NCBI RefSeq assembly: GCF_009914755.1
Contig: NC_060929.1
DNA length: 64,000 nt
Source of the DNA: the human T2T-CHM13v2.0 reference genome, Homo sapiens
Reading direction: 5' to 3' (one strand)
A program made the translations under genes and the position numbers. This document shows positions 56,634 through 64,000 of the stretch, one piece after another. How positions within the stretch are numbered: the first letter of the stretch is position 1; each line of letters opens with the position of its first letter. Under the pieces are notes generated by a model, which worked only from the letters and a program-made list of their open reading frames with translations, did not search any database and had not been told where the DNA came from.

Positions 56634-57562
56634 CAGCATGTATGTAGACATGCTTGTGTAACTTGTTGGAATATTAGTAAAAAAGACCTCCTTTCCCCTC
56701 AGGACAGTGGCCTTTGCTGTGGAGCCTGCCCTCTGCTGGGCAGACCACAGAGAAACTGCACTTACCAGAACACACTTTCTGTGGACAGGCAGGTTCTCAA
56801 AGAGAAGAAGGGTTGAGTACCATGTATGAGCCCCTCTCCCATAACCACCTCCCATGGGAAGAGTGAGAGTGGGGAGAGAGGCAGCAGGCACCATAACAGA
56901 GCTCCCTCTTCCAGGAATATCATGAGAGGGTCCTAGTTTCCCGCTTAACATTCATGCATTCATGGGCAAAGAGTAGAACATGGATAGACGTCTGACTCAA
57001 GATGGAACCCTAGCATTCTTCCAGTTAATTGGAGTGATATGTATTCCATTGGTTCTCCTCTTCAGGTGGTTGCCTTCAGATTATTATTTTTTAATGAGTA
57101 TGCATTACTTCAGTAATAAAGAAAATAAAAGAAACAAGCCATAAAAGAAACCCCAGAAGAACCTTGCCTTTGAATTCTGAGCAACACCCTCTCAAGCCAT
57201 CATGGAGTCTGTGGCCAAAGGAAAACTGCTGTATCCTCTGCATGGTGTTGTAGATTTTTAATGGTTAGGGTTTTTTCCAGAACATTAAAGTGTTAAAAAA
57301 ATTGAAAAAATGTAAAATCGAGATATTAAAATGTACAACATTCTTTTAATTTTAAATATTCTATTTATAACCCAAACCAGAACTAATTACAATTTTAGTT
57401 TCCTGGCTTTCATGGAAACAAATATATGCTCCTCCAATGCCTTTAATGTTCTGGAAAACATTGACCATTAAAAAAAAAATAACATTAAGACATGTATAGA
57501 GACAGGCATTTTTCTTACTGCCTCAGGCTCTAAGATGCTCAGCACAACACTGTCAGGACCTA

Positions 57563-57966
57563 TGTGTCTTAGTCTGCTTGGCCTGCCAGGCAGAATACCA
57601 CAGGCTGGGTGGCTTAAATGACAGAAATTTATTTCTCACAGTTCTGAAGGCTGGGAAATTCAGGACTGAGGTGCTGGCTGATTAGGTGTCTGCTGAGGGC
57701 TCCTCTTCTGTCTTGCACACAGCAGCCTTCTCACTTCTCTTAGGCCTCCCATGGAGGGGAGAGAGAGAGAGAGACAGAGACAGAGAGAGAGCTGGTTTCT
57801 CTTCCACTTTAAAGAGGGCACCAGTTCCGTTGGATCAGAGCTCCACCCTTATCATCTTAGTTGACCATAATTACCTCCTAACAAAGCTCTGTCTTCAGTA
57901 CAGTCACCTGGGAGGTTAGCACTTCAACATATAAATTTTAGGGAGGACACAATCCTGTCCACAGCA
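57563..57966 (-). mobile_element. MLT1A-type MaLR solo LTR, antisense
   Basis: TGTGTCTTAGTCTGCTTGG...ATACCACAGGCTGGGTGGCTTAAATGACAGAAATTTATTTCTCACAGTTCTG...CTTCAACATATAAATTTTAGGGAGGACACAAT...ACAGCA. Confidence 0.87.
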
Positions 57967-58140
57967 GTATCTTTATTTAAAATTTCATTATTTTAGTTCA
58001 TCTTGAATTTTTCTGCATTGATTTTGATTTTTAAAAATATTGCACTAGCATATTATTTCTCATGATTGCTGAGCTTCTTTCTCCTTCTGAAGTTTCTCTC
58101 CTGAGGTGAGTGCCTCACTTACCTCACCCTCATCCAGTTA
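57967..58140. mobile_element. hAT-Tip100 family (MER91/Zaphod-like) end fragment
   Basis: TGAGGTGAGTGCCTCACTTACCTCACCCT resembles the MER91/Zaphod terminus. Confidence 0.4.
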
Positions 58141-59107
58141 TGACTTGGAGGCTTCTCCAGCTCATCTAATGAGGGCCATCAGGAGCACTTCACCTGATCA
58201 CATCCACTCCAGCCCTTTGCTCTTGGACAGCCAACTAACAATACTTTGGCAGGGCCTCGGAGTGGGAGATCTTCCGAGGCACCACCACATGAAGACCTGT
58301 TCCACAATCAGTGTCACTCTACAGCCCAGGGTGCGTGTCTGCCTGTTCTTCCTGACCCTAACTCTGCCTCCATCAGACCCAGTCTTCTGGATGTTCAAGA
58401 AAAGTCTCCAGGTCTTTTCTCTTCCTTTCCGCAGCCACGCTTTATAGACTGAGAGTCCATAGCCACTGCCTTTATCTTTCACCTTCTACTTTCTCTCTAC
58501 ACCTCCACAATCCTGCCTCACCAATGCCATCAGGAACTCTACTCTTAATGACCAAAAAAACACTTCCAGATTCCAAAATTCCAGTCCAATCACATTCTCT
58601 GAGCATTCGTCCTAGGTGACGCCCTGTCTGTGGATGGCCGTTGCCTTTGCCTGGTAATCCTCCCTTGGCTTTTGAGCCCTTCCATTGTCTGGCCCCAGCC
58701 TGTGCTCCCTCTGTGTGGGACATTGTAATATTCTTTCCCCAACCCCTCTTCTCTATCAGGGACCTCTCCTAAGACTTTATCTATCCCCTCTGCACATTCG
58801 ATCTCCACCAAAACCTCTATCCGCTATCTTGACCATTGGGCCAGACTTGGATCACTTCCAGCTTCCTATAGACACCCTGCTTTCTAACACTACTGCCATT
58901 TTCTTCTTGTCCTCCCCACTTTGGAAACAGGGCCCCAACCCTCTGCCTCAGCCTACTGCCCTGACCCATCCCCTACCTCTCCCTACAGTCTCTACACCAG
59001 CCCTCAAACATGCATGTGCTTTTGTGCAGACCAACCTGGGTCCTATCCACATCCTCTCCAGGTATGGTGCACCCATGACCTGTAGCAGCACCACCTGTGG
59101 TGGTTGT

Positions 59108-59220
59108 TACAGTGGTTTCCAGGGACAGCCTCAAGCCTGCTGTGTCTCTGGGGTGGGCTGGGGACCCCCATTTCCACTAGTTTACCGAGGTGATTCTGAT
59201 GCTCACAGAAGATGCCCTGC
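59108..59220. mobile_element. MER5-like hAT fragment
   Basis: CAGTGGTTTCCA...GGGGTGGGCTGGG...AGGTGATTCTGATGC. Confidence 0.45.
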
Positions 59221-59634
59221 CTGGTCAAGGAGCCTTTCAGAATCTCACTCATCAGAATGCCAAGGCTCCAACTTTCACAGAAGGCTTTCCCGTGCCCCAA
59301 CCTGGGGAGCTTTGCCTTACCTAGCTGTCTGAGTCCAGATCTTATTTCCTTTCTTCACTGTTTGCTACCTGTCATTTTCAACTTTCCTGGAAGTGTGTGT
59401 ATGTTTCTTAGCCACCATCCAGACTATAACAGGTGCTATGTGTTATGCAGTGGCCTTCAAAGTCCCCAGCAGGGCCTTTAAATGATCACCCGTGTTTGTT
59501 CAGGGAGTGATTGCATCTGTGCCCAGTCCACCTCCCAGACAGTGTTTAGCTTCCTTCACTCTGTTTTACAAACCTGCCACTTCCAATGCAAACCCTCTAA
59601 ATTCTTTCCCTGACCTTGTTGAACCTTTACTGAA

Positions 59635-59815
59635 TGGCTCCTGAGCCCTTACAACAAGCCTAGGAGGTAAGTAGTAAAACTCTTTGCCCATTTTAAAGAT
59701 GGAGAAACTGAGGCACGGAGCAGTCAAGTAACTTTCTCCATGTTCTAGGGAAAACAAGTAGCCATAGAGTAGGGCTCAGACCTGGGTGTATCTGTCTGTC
59801 CAGAGCTCCACATGG
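59635..59815. mobile_element. MIR fragment
   Basis: CCCATTTTAAAGATGGAGAAACTGAGGCACGGAGCAGTCAAGTAACTT MIR core. Confidence 0.75.
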
Positions 59816-61364
59816 CAGCCTCTCTGGTGCTGCTTCCTGTTGTCCTTGGCTCACCTGCCCCTCCACCAGCCCCCACCCTTTCCTGAGCATCCCTGCACCC
59901 CTACATTTGTATCTATCCTATTCATTCATCGCTGCTCCCAGCCCTTTAGCAAATCCCTTGCCAGGAGCCCCATTCCTCCACCCTCAGCTGCCCCAGCAAT
60001 GAAACTTGTCTTCTTAGTTATCATTGAATGGCTTACTGACTTCAAACCCAGCCACTGTTGTTAACACATGACTGTTTTCAGGGTAGAGTTGAAAGAGCAT
60101 GACTATCAAATGAAACTGCTTATTACTTACTATTATAGCTAAGTGTTCTGCACTTCTGTTACCTTACGCATGAAATGGTGATCACGCCCTTTGCATGAGG
60201 CTGTTGAGAAGACTATATTTAATATGCAAAATACTTAATCGACTCCATGGCCATAGTAAGTAATAAAAATGCTAACAGTAATAATAATATAGTTGTGGTT
60301 TGTACCGTGTTTTGCATATTGGTACCATTGCTGACTCAAATAGAACAGAGATAAGAGTTTTAGGACATTGAAATATGATATGTAGTCATATCCATGGAGG
60401 GAAATTCTCTCAGTACTGTATGTGCTATTTGTGATTAGAGCATTTAATTAGATTCTTTATAAGGGCATCCTAGAAATATTTTGAAGTGCAATGAATGTAT
60501 TCTGAAAGGAAAGTTCATTACAATTGATTTGGGGAAAATAACATACCTGATAAATATTCATGCTAATATTAGTTACTTTTATAAGAAATGAATGTCACTT
60601 TTACCTTTTGTAACCTGCCCAAAATGGGCTTAAGCCTTTGCTTCTCTAGTTATGAACAAAATACTTTCTATTTATTGTTTAGCCAAATCTTTAGTCTGGC
60701 AACAAAAGATATTCAGTTACAAAATATATAGGGTAACCCAAGGAATAATGTCTTTTTCTTAAATCCAAAAAGAGGCAAATTATCTGGGTAATGGCCTTTT
60801 GCAGTTTAGCCTTTATTTGTAATTACCTTGGCATTTTCTGTTTGCAGTAACAACATACTTACCCATGGAGAAACAAGTGCACAGAAGTATATCAGCACCT
60901 AGTGAGGCAGGGCTTTTGTGCCTGGCTCTGTTTTGCCTCATTTGTACTTTTTAAATGAAATGATCCATTCTAATTTTAAGCTTAAGTCAACAATGTGGCT
61001 AAATGGTTGCATTACATGTAAGAACTGATTGTTGTTTGTAAAAGAAACAGGCATTTGTCAAGAAAGGAAATATTAAACTGGAAATGGGCTTTCATTCATT
61101 CCCTGAGCACACTCCCTGAGGTGTAGACACCCTGGCTTGGATTTAGTGGTCGGTAGAAAATGAGAGTTTGCCCATCTCAATGGCCCTTCGTTTTGCCCTC
61201 AAGACCTCACTCTCTTCTAAGCCTCATACCTGCAGCCCCTGCTTGTTTCTTTCCATGGACTTTAGAGAAAACTGGTGGCTGTGGTGTGTTCTCCTTGACT
61301 TGTAGAGTTTTGCTTTTTTTAAAAAAGGATATTTTGCTGGAAAATGATCCAGGTACTCCTGAAA

Positions 61365-61858
61365 ATTGATGGGTTATCTACCTGATTGGTGGGTTATCTT
61401 CCTGATTGATGGGTTATCTACCTGATTGGTGGGTTATCTGCTTGAATGGTGGGTTATCTACCTGATTGGTGGGTTATCTGCTTGAATGGTGGGTTATCCA
61501 CCTGATGGGTGGGTTATCTGCTTGATTGGTGAGTTTTCTACCTGATGGGTGGGTTATCTGCCTGATGGGTGGATTATCTGCCTGATGGGTGGGTTATCTA
61601 CCTAGTTGGTGGGTTTTCTGCTTGATTAGTGGGTTATCTACCTGTTTGGTGGGTTATTTTCCTGATTGATGGGTTATCTACCTGGTTGGTGGATTATCTG
61701 CTTGATTGCTGGGTTATCTACCTGATTGGTGAGTTACCTACCTGGTTGTGGGCTACCTGATTGATTGGTGGGTTATCTACCTGATGAGTGGGTTATCTAC
61801 CTGAGTTATCTACCTGGTAGGTGGGTTATCTGTTTGATTGGTGGGTTATCTACCTGAT
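61365..61858. repeat. 20-bp minisatellite, about 25 units, consensus CCTGATTGGTGGGTTATCTA
   Basis: Exact 20-bp register from 61381 to 61740, then two truncated and one lengthened unit near the 3' end. Confidence 0.97.
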
Positions 61859-62376
61859 CTTCATCCTGATGACAACAGCCAGCTGGAGCATAGAAGCAAC
61901 TGTTCATTAGACTGGGAGTGTTCTCTCCACTACTATAGTCCACACCACTCCCTATTGCCTCATTCCTTCTGCTGCACTCCAGAGCCTCACCTGTTCCACA
62001 TCTGAGGGGCTTTTCAGATGTGGAAATCTGCCCTAATCAAAGATTAGAGATAACTCTGGTCTTAACAAGTATGTAAATAGTTTTGATCTTTTTCAAACAA
62101 ATTTTTCTAGGAACTGAAGTCAAAAGCAAAGTTTAGGGAAGGAAACTTTCATTCAGACCCATGCTTTGATTGTAGTATTGCTGTAATATGCAGTACCTCT
62201 AGCCATTACTCACAGTTTCTAACAGGTTGACACCCATTTCCCCCAACAACCTGGAAGGAAAGAACTTGTACTCCCGGAACAGACAGGGAGGGGAGGGCAG
62301 GGGAGCAAGAGGAAAGGGGGGCTGTTCTCCAGCAAGGTGTCAGCACTGGTGTTGCTTCTATTCTTAAAAACATCTG

Positions 62377-62737
<361 letters not shown>

Positions 62738-63781
62738 TTATCTAAAATAAATATATAATTTTAGTTACTTATTATATCTAAACAAATCCAATGGCAGGCC
62801 TGGGTTTGTGGGCTGAAGGTCATCACTAGTTCATAAGCGTGACCTCCTGCTCCACTGGCTCTTGCTGAATTTGCTCCATTATTCTGCTCCCTCCTTCCCC
62901 CAAATCAGACCCTAGTCTCCATCTGAGCCACCTCTGAGATTCCTACCCTCACCCTCCTAGTCTATTGGCAAAACTGAGCTGACAAAACAATGAACAGGAA
63001 ACACTTGCTGTCCACATCCACTGACTCCCGAGGACCACTCCGAGTTAGGACCTTTATGTGGCTGCTGTGTCATCCAACAGACATTTTCTCTACTGACTGA
63101 GCCAAGTTCCAGGTACATGCTGGTGACTGCTCACAGAGTTTTACAGTCTGGGAGTGAACCGGGAGTACAAACAGCAATTCCTGTGTGAGGTGGGCACAGA
63201 GAATCTGCGAAGATTAGAGGGATCCTGCCAAATGGGCCAGAGAGGAAGCTAGGAGTCATACAGAGACCGTCCCTGCCAGTGTCATAGTAGTTAAGGGGTC
63301 CATTAAAACTAATAGCCCCAGTTCCCTTCACTGGTAAGAATCGAGAATAGCTTAGGTCTCTGTGGAAATGAAAAGCAAAAAATCCTAAGTCTGTGTATTT
63401 TTGTGCAAACACCAAAGCTGTCATGATGTGTCAGAAGAAGAGAGAAATTTCCTTCTGCTCTCATGCTGTTAACAGGAAACTCAAAACTGAAAGAAAATGA
63501 ACTGTCCCTGTTCACTATACATACAGAGAATCTCAAAGACACTTAAAAGGTCAGACACCTTGGTCGTTGTTAAAGCTGTAAGTAAGAGGGAAAAGTACCA
63601 CACTTAGCCATAAAACAATACTAGTATCTTCCTCCTAGGTGGCTGTCATGTCAAGCAGAGTGACATGCATCTCTACACTATCATGAAGGAGACTAAGACC
63701 CAAGACCCAGGGATGCAGGCTGAATGCATTGCTTGTATCCATTTATTCAATCTTAACTGAAACCCAATGAGGTAGGGAGTT

Positions 63782-64000
63782 GGCTGGGTGCAGTGGCTCG
63801 TGCCTGTAATCCCAGCACTTTGAGAGGCCAAGGCGGGCGGATCACCTGAGCTCAGGAGTGCGAGACCAACCTGGCCAACACGGTGAAACCCTCTCTGTAC
63901 TAAAAATACAAAAAATTAACCAGGCTTGGTGGGCACACAACTGTAGTCCCAGTTACTCGGGAGGCTGAGGCAGGAGAGTGGCTTTAGCCTGGGAGGCAGA
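63782..64000 (+). mobile_element. AluS, sense, cut off by the window end
   Basis: GGCTGGGTGCAGTGGCTCGTGCCTGTAATCCCAGCACTTT...GGAGGCTGAGGCAGGAG. Confidence 0.92.

Noticed and set aside
58685-59332. 215-aa ORF
   Set aside because: TTG start, Pro/Leu/Ser-rich translation of pyrimidine-rich repeat-derived DNA, no domain or splice support.
61365-61858. CRISPR-like array
   Set aside because: Units are head-to-tail with no unique spacers, there are no cas genes, and the context is a primate intron.

Overview
Primate (almost certainly human) genomic DNA, not prokaryotic. The whole window lies inside one + strand multi-exon gene, adenylate cyclase 2 (ADCY2). Seven GT-AG coding exons (8579-8716, 17809-17928, 24056-24225, 35493-35577, 40769-40927, 53356-53502, 55741-55848; from memory exons 16-22 of 25) splice into one uninterrupted 309-codon frame covering most of the second transmembrane cluster (M2), the helical domain and the first part of the C2a catalytic domain. 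The rest is intron: about 16 Alus, old L1/L2/MIR/CR1 fragments, MLT2A, MLT1 and MER4-family solo LTRs, and Tigger1, MADE1, MER20 and MER112-like DNA transposon relics. Nearly all ORFs in the track are noise. I see no new gene system. The items most worth a second look are: a 32-bp tandem repeat that multiplies an ADCY2 5' splice site; a ~25-copy 20-bp minisatellite dense in GATA/CCAAT/CCACC motifs; a near-identical local copy of an MLT1 LTR piece captured in an Alu tail, giving direct repeats around a catalytic exon; an antisense Alu cryptic-exon candidate next to (UG)19; a G-quadruplex beside a weak donor; and a triple NAG acceptor. Repeat subfamily names and exon numbers come from recalled consensus sequences, not from a search.
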